From Squalus acanthias (taxonomy: Eukaryota): a stretch of DNA of 64,000 nt. The notes under the pieces were generated by a model. That model was not told the DNA's origin, did no database searches, and saw only the letters and a list, made by a program, of their open reading frames with translations. Position 1 is the first letter of the stretch. Each line of letters begins with the position of its first letter. Both the position numbers and the translations under genes were made by a program. Below, piece after piece: positions 1-13,376 of the stretch. The stretch lies in contig CM059425.1 in assembly GCA_030390025.1 (NCBI GenBank), positions 173,664,001-173,728,000 on the forward strand. Direction: 5' to 3'.

Positions 1-309
1 TGTTACTAAAAGCTCTCAATTTTGAACGCCATTATCAGATCTCCTATTAATCTCTATTAGTGAAAAGAGGTACAGTTTGTCTAGTCTTTTTTGGTTATAG
101 CTTTATCAACTTGCCCACTCATTTTTAAAGATTAATGTATCTGAACTGCTAAGTCTCTCTGCACTTCTACTTTTAACGTTTTATCATTTTGTGTATTTTC
201 CTCTTATTCTTCTCTGAAAATGGATTATCTCACATTTCTCTGCATTAAATCTCATCTGACATTTATCTGGCCAAACTATTAACCTGTCTATATCCTACAT
301 AGGATTGCA

Positions 310-660
310 TACATAGAATATACAGCACAGAAACAGGCCATGCTGCACTTTTATGCTCCACTCGAGCCTCCTCACGTCTTTCCTCATCTAAATCGATCAG
401 CATAACCCTCTATTCCCTTCTCCCTCATATGCAATGCATCTATACTTTTCGCTTCAACCATCCCTGTGGTAGCGAGTTCCACATTCTCACCACTCTGGGT
501 AAAGAAGTTTCTTCTGAATTCCCTATTGGATTTCTTGGTGACTATCTTGTATTGATGGCCTCTAGTTATGCTCTTCCCCACAAGTGGAAACATTCTCTCT
601 GTATCCACTCTTTCATAATTTTAAAGACTTCTATTAGGTCACCCCTCAGCCTTTTTTCTT
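310..660 (-). mobile_element. CR1 LINE 3' fragment
   Basis: minus-strand ORF2 C-terminal motifs (TRGH..K, RRNFFTQ) followed by a CR1-type tail. Confidence 0.8.
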
Positions 661-1359
661 ATGGTTTTATAGCCAGTCCCACAGGTGCATCGTTGACCAG
701 GGAGGAAGTCGGTCTCACAGTCCTCCACCTGGCTGTGGGCATAGAGAAACTAAGGTGACATGTGGCAAACAGAGTTTAAATAAGAGTTTCTTTAGTGTTG
801 ACCCAAGGTCAGGAGGTGGAAGCTAAAAATACAGGTAGTCAGTTTTTGCAGTTAGAAGTAGTCTGAAAGAAAGGTAATGCCAAAAACAAGCAAGTCAGTC
901 CACAAAAGAGATAGGATGGATAATTATTTATTCTAGGAGAGAAGCGAGATTGAGTTAAGAAAGTGGAATTTGCTTTGACTGTTGCTCTGTATGTTCACTT
1001 GCTGTCTGTGCAATAAAACAGCTTAACGATTTATATCAGGAATTTGCCAGTAGACCTATCAATAAAACTGGCTACTTCTCACTTGAGTTGGCAGGTTTAA
1101 AGATAACATCTCCTGCTGTTCTCAAAATAAATGGAGTACATTCTAGTTAATGGAACAAGACAGTTGTGATGTTCCACACATTGGCCCATCTGATTGTAAA
1201 ACAAATCTTAGATGCCTGCAACTTGCGCCTTTTTAAAAAATATACCTGTGTCAATTCACTGTTTTAAAACACAACACTTAAATATAACTCAATCCCAAAG
1301 TCCTTCCATGAAGAAAACATTATAAAGTGCCTATCACATTTTGGGATTTTTATCGAATG

Positions 1360-1600
1360 CTTTTTGAAAATCTGCTCACCTTTTACGAAGCTGTACTGGC
1401 TATCCTTGATTAACCCATGTTTTTCTAAGCGAGTATTCATTTTATACTGTATTATGATCTCTACAAGCTTGCCCACTTCCACTGTTAAGCTGGTTGGTCT
1501 ATAGTTCCCCAGTTTATTCCTGTCCCCCATCTTGAACACAGACATGACATTGCCAAACCTCCAGTCCTCTGACACAGCTTTTATATTCAAGGATGTTATC
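1360..1600 (-). mobile_element. CR1 LINE RT fragment
   Basis: EDWR..NV..FK.G....GNYRPTSLT and IKDSQY.FVKG motifs. Confidence 0.8.
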
Positions 1601-2329
1601 AGGACCAGATGGAGTTTCCACTTTTGGGTGCCACCAACCTCTTCAGTACTACTTGTATGTTTATAGTTATCCTGTCTAAATTACTTATCTCTTCCTCTTG
1701 TACTCTTCCATTTCATTTCTACTACCATACTTTTTTTTGCAAAACTTAATCTTCATGCTTTTTTTGCGAATTTATTTACATATTTCATCCTCTCTGGATT
1801 GTCCCAACTGTATTTCATGAACTTAGAGACTGTTGCAAAAAAGTTAATCAAAGTAAAAATATAAGAAAAGCCAAATGAAACCCACTCACAATCACTTGTG
1901 AAGCATAATCATAAAGCAATCTTTCTCATGGACAAGAACATATCAGATTATTGGTTTACATCACTAACCTGCCTTTCATGTCCACTATTTTTTTTAAATT
2001 TTAAGAGTAATCTCTGATCTCAGATGGCAATTTTAGAATCATATCATTTAGAAAGAAGTACTTGAAAGTAACTAGAGTTGAGTGATTTGCTCTCCTTTCC
2101 TATGTAGAAGAGCTAGGCTTCTGCTTGGTATCCTTTTGCGGGGGAATAGCTGAGAAGGGAACTCGGTGAATTTGGTAAGAAACTGAACTTGCATTGATCA
2201 TTCCATGGCCCCATGCATTGGTACCTTAGATACATGAACCATTTAAAAAAGATTACTAGCTTATACTACAGGATCACTTCCGATGGCAAGAGTTTTTCAT
2301 GTATATTGGAATCTGAGAGGTACCAGTAA

Positions 2330-3062
2330 ATTAGAAACAGCCCATTGTGGTGCCAATGTTCAAAAAGAACAACAAAATGGGCACAAGCAACTACATTAGT
2401 CTAGCTTCAATCTGATGCAAAATAATGGGATAGATTATTAAGAATAAATTTGAGAATCATTTGCACAACAATCTAATAAGCAGACAACATGGGTTCAGAA
2501 GGGAAAGATCCTGCTTGACCAAATTACTTAACTTCTTTTGAGGAAGTGACGTCCCAAGTAGACTGCAGAAAACCTTTGACTTTTTGGACATGGACTTCCA
2601 AAAATCATTTGAGAAAGTTCTACATGAAAGCTATTAGTTAAATTTAAAGCTGTGGGGATTCAGCTAAAGTCTTGGGAATGGATAAGAAATTGCTCATGGG
2701 TAGAAAATAATGGTTACTTGTTAGACTTGGGATGGGGGGGGGGCGGTTTATCATTTCTAATTTATATGAATGACTTACATTCAGAAACTCAATGAAAATA
2801 TATCAAATTTACAGATGATGCCAAATTAGGAGGGGAATTGGAGACAGCACAAAAAATACAAAATGAGTTAAACAAACTGAAATGGCCAGAAAATGGCAGA
2901 TGAAATTTAATATGGAAAAGTGTAAGATATTGCACATGAGGAAAAATTGGCAACATGTACTCCATGAATAGTGTTGCAACATCTAAGCATGATGGTGAAA
3001 GACACTCTGGAGTCTTGGTAGATATTTCCAACCAATGCAGAGCAGCAATCAAAGCAAATAGA
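2330..3062 (+). mobile_element. old degraded CR1 RT fragment
   Basis: QHGFRRERSCLT-like, DFQKSFEKV-like and KFTDDAKLGG-like motifs with many frameshifts. Confidence 0.75.
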
Positions 3063-3066
3063 ATAG

Positions 3067-3810
3067 GCAAAGTGCTGTGGATGCTGGAAATCTGAAATAT
3101 AAACAGAAAATGCTGGACATACTCAGCATGCCAGGCAGCATCTGTGGAGAGAGAGAAATAGAATTAAAGTTTCAGGTCTGTGACCTTTTGTCAGAACTGG
3201 AAACCGTTACAGATGTAATAGGTTTTAAGCAAGTACAGGTGTGGAGAAAGGGCGGGGGGGGGGGAGGAAAGAACAACAACAACAACTTGTATTTATATAG
3301 CGCCTTTAACGTAGTAAAACGACCCAAGGCACTGCACAGGAGTATTATAAGACAAAAAATTAATTTGACACCGAGCCACATAAGCAGAAATTAGGCCAGG
3401 TGACCAGAAGCTTGGTCAAAGAGGTAGGTTTTAAGGACATAAGAAATAGGAGCAGGAGTAGGACATTTGGCCCTTCGAGCCTGCTCCGCCATTCAATAAG
3501 ATCATGGCTGATCTTCGGCCTCAACTCCACTTTCCTGCACTATCCCCAGATCCCTTGATTCCCTTAATATTTAAAAATCTATCGATCTCTGTCTTAAATA
3601 TATTCAACGACAGAGCCTCCACAGCCCTCTCGGGTAGAGAATTCCAAAGATTCACCACCCTCTGAGTGAAGAAATTCCTCCTCATCTCAGTCCTAAATGG
3701 CCGACCCCCCTATTCTGAGACTGACCCCCGGCTCCAGACAAAAGGGAAGGTCTGTGATGGGGTGGAAGGTAGGAGTGATTTAATGAACAGCAGAATCATT
3801 ACCAGCACCT
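3067..3810 (-). mobile_element. Penelope-like element 3' end, interrupted by an L2-type tail (~3272-3436) and a CR1 3' fragment (~3437-3737)
   Basis: same terminal sequence as the arms at 23445, 36355 and 49253 (atgctggaaatctgaaat...cagcatctgtggagagaga...tttcaggtc); purine-rich sequence resumes at ~3738. Confidence 0.7.
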
Positions 3811-4684
3811 GAATCTATTATTAAGGATGTGGTAACATGGCACTTGGAAAATCACTATGATTAGGCAGCATCAACACTGTTTTCTGAAAGGGAAATCATG
3901 TTTGACAAATCTCTTCGTTTTTTCAGGGTGTAACTAGCAGGGTAGATAAGGGGGGTGGGGACCAGTGGGTGTAGTATATTTGGATTTTCAGAAGGCATTT
4001 GATAGGGTGCCACACAATAGGTTGTTGCACAAGATTAGGGCTCATGGGATTGGGGGTAATATATTAGCATGGATTGAAGATTGGTTAATGGACAGCAAAC
4101 AGAGAGTAGCATTAAACTGGTCATTTTCAGGATGGCAGGCAGTAACTAGTGGGGTACTGCAAGGATCAGTGCTTGGGCCTCAGCTATTTACAAACTATAT
4201 CAATGACTTAAATGAGGGGACTTAATGTAATATATCGAAGTTTGCTGATGATACAAAGCTAGGTGGGAAAGTATGTTGTGAGGAGGACTTAGAGAGGCTG
4301 CAAAGGGATATAGATCAGTTAAGTGATTGGGCAAGAAGGTGGGAGATGGAGTATAATGTGGGGAAGTGTGAAATTACCCACTTTGGTAGGAAGAATGGAA
4401 AAGCAGAATATTTTTTAAAAGGTGAGAGACTAATAAATGTTGGGATTCAGAGGGACTTGGGTATGTCCTTGTACACGAAACACAAAGTTAACATGCAGGT
4501 ACAGCAAGCAATTAGGAAGGCAAATGGTATGTTGGCCTTTATTGCAAGAGGGTTGGAGTACAAGGGTAAGGAAGTCTTGCTGCAATTATATAGGGCTTTG
4601 GTGAGACCACACCTGAAGTACTAGGTACAGTTTCAGCCTCCTTACCTAAGGAAGGATATACTTGCCTGAGAGGGTGTGCAACAA
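3811..4684 (+). mobile_element. CR1 LINE RT fragment
   Basis: VVYLDFQKAFDRVPH, SGVLQGSVLGP, FADDTKLGG, LYRALVRPHL motifs. Confidence 0.9.
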
Positions 4685-4689
4685 TAGGC

Positions 4690-5575
4690 ATCTTGCCTAT
4701 TACTGATGTTAAACCAATGGGCCTATAGTTACCTGGGTCTGTCTTGTCACTTTTTTTTTAAAGATGGAGACTACATTAGCCTCCTTCCAGTCTTTTGGAA
4801 CCATTCCAGAGTGCAGTGAGCTATTAAAAATACAGACCAAGGGCTTGCACAGCACATACTCCATCTCCCTAAGGACCCTCAGGTGGATATCATCTGGCCC
4901 AGCTGCTCTATCTATTTTCAAGTTCTTAATTCTTTCTAAAACAATATGTTCATCTATGTTAATATTACTAGTTTTGGTAGTAACATTATTAAATTCTAAT
5001 AGTTGAGCATCATCAAGGGTGAAGACCGATGCAAAGTCTCATTTAATATTTCCGCCATACCCAGTGAGTCCTTTGTAACCTGTCTTTGAACATTCTTCAA
5101 AGGCCCAGTACAGTCTTTGACAGTTCTCTGACTCTTCACATAACTGAAAAAGCTTTTCCCATTACTTCCAGAGTTGTCAAAGATGCTTTTTTCCATTAGC
5201 CTTTTAGCTGATCTAATAGCAGCCTTCGTTTTCTTTAGTTCTTTGTACTCAACTCTGTTTAGTTGAGTACTAAATGTCTTTAATTTAGAGAAACATTTCT
5301 GTTTACATCTTATTTGTCTTTGTACATAACCAGTCAGCCACCATGGCTTTTTCTTACCACACTTCCTTCTTTTGACTGGGTACATATTTGTTTTCCACAT
5401 TTTTTATCATCTTAAAAAAATTCTACATCAGTCTCATCACCACCCAGTAGGGTTAGCCAATTTACCCATTTCAAATCATCTGTCATTTTGGTAAGTTTGC
5501 TCTTCTGAAATCTGGTACGCATTGCAGATTCTCAGTACCTTTAGTTCTACTAGCCAATTGAAACCATACAGCAGT
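4690..5575 (-). mobile_element. CR1 LINE fragment (tether/RT N-terminus)
   Basis: KKPWWLT, AAGPDDIH.RVL.E, VPKDWKEANV motifs. Confidence 0.85.
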
Positions 5576-6200
5576 TCATACAAGGAATGGACTTCCTGTT
5601 AGAGTAGTGAAAGCAAAAATGAAGGAAACATTTAAGAAACAATTGGATGCTGCAGGAGGACCTTTTATGGGGTATTTTAGAATGGATAAACGAAGAAAGA
5701 ACAAAGAGTGTCCTTCATCTGTAATTGTTTTGTGAAGGAGGTTGGGTCTACCGTTTTGGGGCCTAGCTACAGGCTGATCTGCCATGTAGATCAGTAGAGG
5801 TTTTTTTTTAAGCTTACCTGGACCTTTCCCGAATAGACTGGCTAAATCACAAAAGCATGTTGAAGTTAAGTTTATGACTAGGAGAAGCTGTGCATGAACG
5901 AACTGTTCCGCATTATTGCTAAATCCACCTCACATTATACATTGAGATTGGGGCAGGTTAAGCTCAACAGTAACCAGTAGTGCTTATTACTAATCTTCCA
6001 ATGGAAGTGACTCAGTACTATAAAAGGGGTCTAATTGTTCTGCTGTGCGGTGGTCTGCAGGAGTAATTTGGCTATTTTTGTAAACCAATTTGATTAAAGT
6101 ACAGCTGCATATCCACATTTTGCTCTTCCTTCACTTTTTTAAATTGAGTTTTATTTATTTTTAAAATTTCACTCATTCATATTTATTTTTATTAATATAG

Positions 6201-6266
6201 GACGGGATGGAACTTTGCAGTCATTTTCCACTATTCATGAACGTTTTAATAAGAGTTTGGGACAAG
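6201..6266 (+). CDS. WDR36: WDR36 internal exon (1st in window): (G)RDGTLQSFSTIHERFNKSLGQ(G)
   Basis: tatag|GA acceptor, AAG|gtaagt donor; 66 nt, phase 1/1; peptide matches my recollection of the vertebrate WDR36 motif DGTLQSFSTVHEKFNKSLG. Confidence 0.95.
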
Positions 6267-6639
6267 GTAAGTTGAGTTGAAAAGTATGATGGCTATATTA
6301 GTTATCTTTTTTCAGTGTAATTAAAATGTACTACATTTTTTAAAATGTGGAATCGATCCAATAAATAGCAACAAAAGTATTTCACTGTATTTTTTATGAC
6401 TAACTGGCAGCATTTTTCTGAAATTATTTTTAACATTTGTTGTTTAATTTTCTTTTGAGAATAATGACAGTGAAGAGCCACAATAAGTTTCTCCCTCCTC
6501 TTCCATCCCCACCCCACGCTTGACTAGTTTTCTCAGCTGGGCCCTCTGGCAGGGTGAGAAGGCATCACATGGAGGCTTCGTCCACCGAGAAGAATGGGGG
6601 AAAAAACCATTTGCTGTCCATGCTCGCAAACGTCCTATC

Positions 6640-8870
6640 ATCTAGCTCAAAAGGAATACAAAATGAGATGGAGATCATAGAAAGGCTAAAAGGGACTTAA
6701 ACAAGCAAATCCTCAGGGATGGATGGTATTTATTCAATGTTATTGAGAAAGACAAGGGATAGGTTTTGTGAAGTGCTGTTAGGAAGCCTCTATTAGAACG
6801 ACATAACACAGTTGAGCAACTAAGCATCCATCAGTGCAGAGTAAAAGAATAAAATCAACTATCAGGAGTAAACTTGAGGATTGCTTATATAAAGACTAAT
6901 ATATAGTAGCCAACATGAATTCAGAAGGGACTATTTCTGCCTAGTCAACCTCCTTGACTTCTTCAGTAAGTGACATCCCAAGTGGACTTTAAAAATCCTA
7001 GAACTTATTGCACTTGAACCCTCCGAGAACCCTCTGCATTCCTTCAATTCTGGCCTCTTGTGCATCCCTGAATTTCTTTGCCCCACCATTGGCGGTCGTG
7101 CCTTCAGCTGTCTAGGCCCTAAATGCTGGAATTCCCTTCCTAAACCTCTCCAGCGCTCTCCTCCTTTGATGACACGCCTTGAATCCTACTGCTTACCTGT
7201 CCTAATATCTCCTTATGTGCCTTGGTGTCAAATTTTGTTTGATAATGCTCCTGTGAAGCGCCTTGGGACATTTTACTACGTTAAAGACGCTATGTAAATG
7301 GAAATTGTTGTTCCTTTGACAAAGTTCTGCATAAAAGATATTACACTTAAAAATAAAATAATTTTGCTCAGTGATGTAGGATATAGGTACACACCCCTAT
7401 AATATAAAACTTGCAAATGAATAAAAGTTGGCAATGGTGCAAAGTAGTGGGTACTTGTTATTTGAATGATGCCAAGGTGAGGGAGGAAATTCTGAGTGGA
7501 ATGCCCAAGGAACAGTGTTGCGACAGAAACTGTTTCTAAATGACTACAACAACAACTTGCATTTATATAGTGCCTTTAATGTAGTAAACCATCCCAAAGC
7601 ACTTCACAGGAGTGTAATCAAAGAAAAATCGGGAGTGGGGGCAAGCAGGTGAATCGGATAAGGTAGCCAAGGACCTATAATAAGGGAGGAATGCACCTAA
7701 CTAGCTTACAATAAAATAATTTTGTTCCAGGGCGCTACAATTTTGCTCTAAGTTATCAAAATAATTACAGATGAAGAAAGCCATTCAATCCATCTTAATA
7801 CATCCATCCAGAAAATCCTTTGTTGTAGAACCCAGTTGTTTCTTAAATTCATCCCAGACTTTTGCCTTCCACTATTCTGGATCTCCATGCCATAATTAAT
7901 TTTTTGTATGAAGAACATCCTGATCGATATCTGTCTGAAATTTTCTGAATATTGAGCACTCCAAAAAATACAAATTTGTGATAATATATCTACTCTTGAA
8001 ATATGTAATTGGGCAGAACAGCGATGGATGAAATTTAATGTTATTAAATTCAATGATGGATGAAATGTAAAGTACTACACAGTTGGAACAGGCTGCATAA
8101 GTACTCTATGAATGCTGTTGAAATGGCAGCAGAGATCAAGAGTTGCAGGCCTAAAAGCTGACTGTAAATCACAGTGGTGCCTAATGAAAATATGTAGTAC
8201 ATTTCACTTGTAAGATGACAGTGCATCCACGACCTATACTCGCATACATAATCTTGAACAAAGAGGTTTAGGGTTTTAACAGACTGCGTTCAAGGTGTCC
8301 AATCATTGGAGAGTTGCAATCGGTCAAGTAAATATGATGCTTAATTATATAGCCAAAACATTAGAATAGAAGTTGGAGGAAGTTGTGTTTAAATTGTATT
8401 GTGCTCTAGTCAGACCACATCTTGAATACTGTCAGTTCTGGTAACTGAGATACGGCAATCATTCGAGCCTTGGAGGTAAAGAGCCGCAAAACGGATCCCT
8501 AGTATCAGTAGACCCAAATTGTGTGGAAGGCTGGAGCAACTTGTCGTTGCAACATTGAAAGTAGGCTACTGAACACTGATTTTATACAGGTATACACAAT
8601 AATAAACCAATATAGAAATGTTAAATCCAAAAGTACTACTTCAAATTAAACCGTGACTAGGACAAGGTTGCAGAAGTTTAACCTAGCAAAAGGCAAATTT
8701 AGGACTGATCTTGGAAATGTTCCTCACACAGGATGATCAGTACATGGAATGGACCTTCAACTAGGTAGAGGAGACAAAAACACTAGAAATATTTAAACCA
8801 CTAGATGAGTTACTGATGGTTCATTCTGGATGAGCTGAATGGCTTTCCTCATCCATATCTCTTGTGAATA
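6640..8870 (+). mobile_element. scattered old CR1 fragments with an L2 3' piece (~7015-7310)
   Basis: degenerate CR1 motifs (LVRPHLEYC-like at ~8405-8432); L2 GGRAFS..P..WNSLP at 7090-7140 plus its tail. Confidence 0.6.
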
Positions 8871-9115
8871 TTGGCAAAGACCTTGAAGCAGATCAACTAC
8901 TTGCCCTCTTAGCCAAGGAATGGTAGAGACCCCCCAAACAGTTGATGAAAGCAAGGAAGAATGACTTCTAATAGCAGCTGAATAAATACACATGCCTATT
9001 TAATCTACTAAATTAACACATGATCTGTATTCGCTTGCATCCTTCCTTCTCTTTAGAAATGTGTCTGGAAGAGTTGCTTTTGTAATGCAGTGAGTATGTT
9101 TTTTTTTGTTTTAAG

Positions 9116-9199
9116 GTTCCATTAACAAAAAGAAATCCAAAAAGAAAGGGTTGAAGTATGATACAATGAAACTACCTCCTATTACTACATTTGCTTCAG
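9116..9199 (+). CDS. WDR36: WDR36 exon 2 in window: (G)SINKKKSKKKGLKYDTMKLPPITTFAS(E)
   Basis: T-rich tract, ttaag|GT acceptor, CAG|gtaatg donor; 84 nt, phase 1/1; basic stretch plus LPPIT motif. Confidence 0.93.
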
Positions 9200-9741
9200 G
9201 TAATGGTACATCTACACAAATTCTGTTTTTCTAGTTTAGGATGGGCTGAATAGCCTTCATGTTGGAACATTTTAGAGTTTAAACACAAAGGGCGGAACTT
9301 TCTGGGGTAGATTGGGTGGGAAATTTGGAAAAAGCCGAAGTGGGTCGGGCAGAGGCGGGCGACCAAATTGAAATCATTATAAGCTTGTCAGACACTGAAG
9401 AGTCTTTTTCCCCCTACCTTTCAAATTTCCCTCCATGGCCACTGGATTTACGCAGCTTGGGAACCATGTCTGTTAAACTGAGGTCGGAGTTGAGTGGCCA
9501 TTGCTCCAGCTGATTACTTGGCAGCATCAAATGTACTATAAAAGCTCCGACCTCACAGCTGATCACTTTCCTCAGGCAGAAGCTGTTGCTGACTACATTC
9601 CCAGCACAGATTTAACTTTCTGCAGGCTGCAAGTGTTTCCAGCAAAGTCTCCATCCAGTGTCCCCTTATTGGAAGAACCTCTCTCACCATTGACAGATTG
9701 CCTCTGTCAACTCTACTTGACCTGCTATCTATTTCATCAGC

Positions 9742-9930
9742 ATGGGTGCTGTTTATACTGCCTCACCTTGGTCCTCAGAATCTGACCACAATGAGCCCCA
9801 ACACCAGCAGCACCAACAACCCCACTATCTCCGCAACCACCTGATGCTGCACGGACAGAGGGCATCAGCACCTGAGCACATTGCTGCCTGGGAGGCCAGG
9901 GATGGCCTCATCATGGCCAGATTTACTTAA
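9742..9930 (+). pseudogene. putative Harbinger transposase remnant (N-terminus fused to C-terminus)
   Basis: 62-aa ORF starting MGAV and ending ARDGLIMARFT*, resembling the R..LI...F C-terminus of HARBI1-like transposases; AATAAA downstream; convergent to the Myb gene. Confidence 0.5.
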
Positions 9931-10212
9931 CTATGCTGTACACCCACATGGCTGCCACATGCTGTGCCAGGTTGGCACCACCCCATAGCAACACCATAAA
10001 CCATCCCCACAATGACCAAGTCATTCACCATTGGTGGAGGTACCGTTGTGTCTCACCATTCACTGCAACTCACTAAGCCACTTCCAAAGGTGCACGCAAA
10101 TTTCTCCAAAACCGTAAAGTGGTGAAAATAAAGATTTTTATGGTTGAGATCACATTAATGGAAACTTGACATTAACATTGAATAAAACACCCAAGTGGAT
10201 ACCCTTGTGAAT

Positions 10213-11993
10213 CTACTTTGTCATCTTTCTCTTACGCGTGCTTTTGCTTCTACGAGCTGCTATCACTGTGGCTTCAGCAGAGGTAGAGGCAGCCTGCTCA
10301 CTTCCCTGCTGCGACTGCTTAGACACTATAAGCGGATGTCCTCTGGGTTTTGGAGCCTCTGATGCCCCGCCAAAGTCTGCTCCGACTGTGCAGGGGCAGA
10401 CTTGGCCATCAGGAGACATCTGGGACTCTGACTGAGGGGGTGGCAACAGGGGAAAAGTGTAAGCGCTTTGAGAGGAGCCCACACTTCCATGTCCCCTCAC
10501 CATCATCCCTGTCATGGGCCACCCGCACTTCCCTGCAAGTAAGGAGCTGGAGAGCACTTTGCTGCACATCAGTGGTGCCAGGAGGACCTACATCTCCGCT
10601 GACATCCCTCCTAGAGAGGAGGTCTATGGGCCTCTGCCATCTATTCTCCATAGGTAGCATGTGCTCATGTGAGTGGAGCAGCTGATGTGCCATGCAGGTG
10701 GCCATCCTTTCCATGGAAGAGCCTACAGTCGCCATCACCTGTAACACGGTGGTGCTCATGTTGGAGATGGACTCCTCCATTCTCTGCACATTTGCTGACA
10801 TCGCGGTCGCAAAACCTGTCACAGCCTCCTGCACTTCTTCCTGCAACTCCAGGATCGCATGCAGCTGAGCAGAGCTGGGAGCGTCCTGCGCCCTCCGGTG
10901 AGGAGTCTCCGCTGTTGTCCCTGTCTCCACAATCTGCTCTTGCTCACTTGTGAGTTGTGAGACACCAGGAGACAACACTACTCTATCTCGCGTGGGACCC
11001 ACCAAGGTGTGCGTATCTGCGCTGGTACTGGGTGCACCCTCAGAGGCTGGAGGCTCCTCTGAGGAGTCATCGTCCTCTTCCTCTTGTACAATGGGGGGGC
11101 GACTCTTGATGGACTTGTGGGAGAGTAGAGATGAGTTAGATATGTCATATGAATAATGGGTACAGATACCATTATGCACATGATGACCATTCAGTGGCTG
11201 ATGACATCAGTCCCCATTTGAGTGACTGATGTATGCCATGTAGCTGTTTGATATGTAATTCTGTCACCAGGTTGCTGAGATGTCCCCCTCTCTCCGTCTC
11301 CCACCTCGAGCTGCTCTGCGAATCCCGATACTTCTAACGCAGCCTCCTCTGCTGTTGTGAGGGTGGCAAATGATGGTATTCATTCTCCACTTCTCTCCCT
11401 CTTATTGTGGGCTCTCTTTTCTGCAAGGAGGGAAAGAAGAGAAGGTTGTGTGAGACTGATGGAATGAGTGCAAGCAATGGATGGGTTACATCTTTAGAGG
11501 GAGACTATGATGGATTGGGGTGCCAATGCCATGTGGCTTCCTTGCGTGTTGTTAGTTGAGATGATTGCATTAGGATGAGTGTGAGGGATGGCTAGTAAGA
11601 TGGGGATGTGATAATGTAGATAGCGAGGGATGGTGGACGTGCAAGGTATGTTGGTGTGAGTAATGATGTGCAGGAGTAGGGTAGGGAAGGCAGAGTGATG
11701 GGGATGTGATGAGAGGCACAGCAGGATGAATTTGAGTCTGGCTTTGTACTCACCTTTCCTGATCTAATGAGATAATTGAAACGTTTGCGGCACTGCACCC
11801 AGGTCCTCCTGACCACATCCCTGCTGGTGACCTCCTCTGCAATTTGGAGCCAGGCTCTTTTTGTCTCCTGGGGAGGTCTCTTCCGCCCATTGGAAGGGAA
11901 GAGGACTTCCCTGCGTGCTCTTACACCCTCCCCAAGGATATGGAGGGAGTCATCGGAGAACCTGGGTGCAGCCCTCTGCCTCTGTGCAGTCAT
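10213..11993 (-). pseudogene. Harbinger Myb/SANT-like DNA-binding protein gene, spliced, degenerate
   Basis: exon 1 11993-11754 encodes 80 aa with RAAPRFS..W..IAE.V......RTWVQCRKRF..L trihelix signature and AAG|gtgagt donor; exon 2 ~11420-11268 (KRAHNKRER, one base out of phase); long low-complexity exon ending in basic RRSKSTRKRK. Confidence 0.8.
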
Positions 11994-12500
11994 GTTTCTA
12001 AGTGTTTGGAACAATCAAAAGCTCCAGTGCAGTGACTACACACTCCTAGATGAACCTTCAAATGCAATGTGGCCATGGCTCCTTTAAACCTACCGGCTGA
12101 AAACACGCCATGGATGATGTCATCAGACCCGCACCATTTAATTGGGCCGGGTAACGCGCTGGGCGAGCTTAATAGGCCCTATTGACGCAAAGTTGTTTTC
12201 TGCAGCAGGGTGGAAGCAGCAACGGGGTCGCGACCCGACCGCCCGCACCTGACCCGCCCAGGTACAGAAAATTCCGGCCATAGAATCTTATTAGACTTTC
12301 CAAGAATATTTTAGTTGGCACATAGTTATAATTAAGCAATATATGTCCTTAACTTAAAAAATATTTGAATGTGGAATGTTCTAGTTATGTTTCTTAAATC
12401 TTAACTATAGATTTCTAATCCATATTCTATCTAATTGTATTTCTGTCTTTGAATATGTTTCTAATGTGGCTGATGAATTTGCTTTTGATTGTTATGGTAG

Positions 12501-12655
12501 AAACAGCACGTCAGAGTTATTGGGATGGAATTGTTGCCTGCCATCAAGGGTATCTAATCAGTACAACATGGAACTACCAGAAAACTTCAATGGGAGCACA
12601 CAAACTTGAGCCTAAGAGATTTCATAAAGATCGTACCCTGGATGTATATGCCACA
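12501..12655 (+). CDS. WDR36: WDR36 exon 3 in window: (E)TARQSYWDGIVACHQGYLISTTWNYQKTSMGAHKLEPKRFHKDRTLDVYAT
   Basis: gtag|AA acceptor, ACA|gtatgt donor; 155 nt, phase 1/0; WDGIxACH and TWNYQK motifs. Confidence 0.95.
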
Positions 12656-13376
12656 GTATGTACATTGGCACTGTTTGCTCCTAACATTTTTTTTTAGTTT
12701 ATATAGTCATAGCACCACTGTGTTTCTGTGTGTATGTCTGTCTGTGCTGTAGAAGAGATAGATTAAAAAAAAGTCAGAATTTACTGAATAAAAAGGGCTG
12801 AAGTTGATAAGACTGATGAACCACAATTATCACTGAGTATAACTGATAATTGCATTTTTCCTTTGTATAATACAAACAGTTTTAAACTAACCAGTCCTAA
12901 ACTGAGGAGAGCTGAAAGTATAGGGGTAAAAAGACATTTTGACTGCATTTTCTTTCTCTCTTTCACGCGCACACACACACTTAATTTTTGCTGCAACGTT
13001 GTCAGTAGCAGTTGGACATCTAGTCTGATGGCCAGGGACGACAACACAGCAAAAATGTTCTCTTTCAAAAGAGAAAAGGATTGGGACTAATTGGATAGCT
13101 TTTTTTTAAAAAGCCAGCACAGATGGGCCAAATGGCCACATTCTGTGATGTATGATTCTATGAAAGACATATGGGTAACATAGTTTCCAAACCTCAGTTA
13201 GCATTTCAGGCAAATTTTTTTGCTGGTATCTGCAATCTTGGTGCTAAAAGTTAGCATGCAAAAATCAAGATCCATATTCCTATTAAGACCAAGTATCTGC
13301 GTCTAAAATGTTACTTCAAATATTGGCACATCTATTACGTATTTCTAGCATTGCCTATTTTTAGTTCAGATTAACA

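Larger units (their letters stand above)
9290..12279. mobile_element. PIF/Harbinger DNA transposon, non-autonomous (Myb/SANT gene retained, transposase apparently internally deleted)
   Basis: TIRs gggcggaactttctg (9290-9304) and cagaaaattccggcc (12265-12279), 13/15 inverted match; convergent Myb-like and transposase-remnant ORFs inside. Confidence 0.8.

Noticed and set aside
10409..11179. Stand-alone 256-aa novel gene
   Set aside because: Better explained as the low-complexity last exon of the Harbinger Myb gene; its N-terminal part looks intronic
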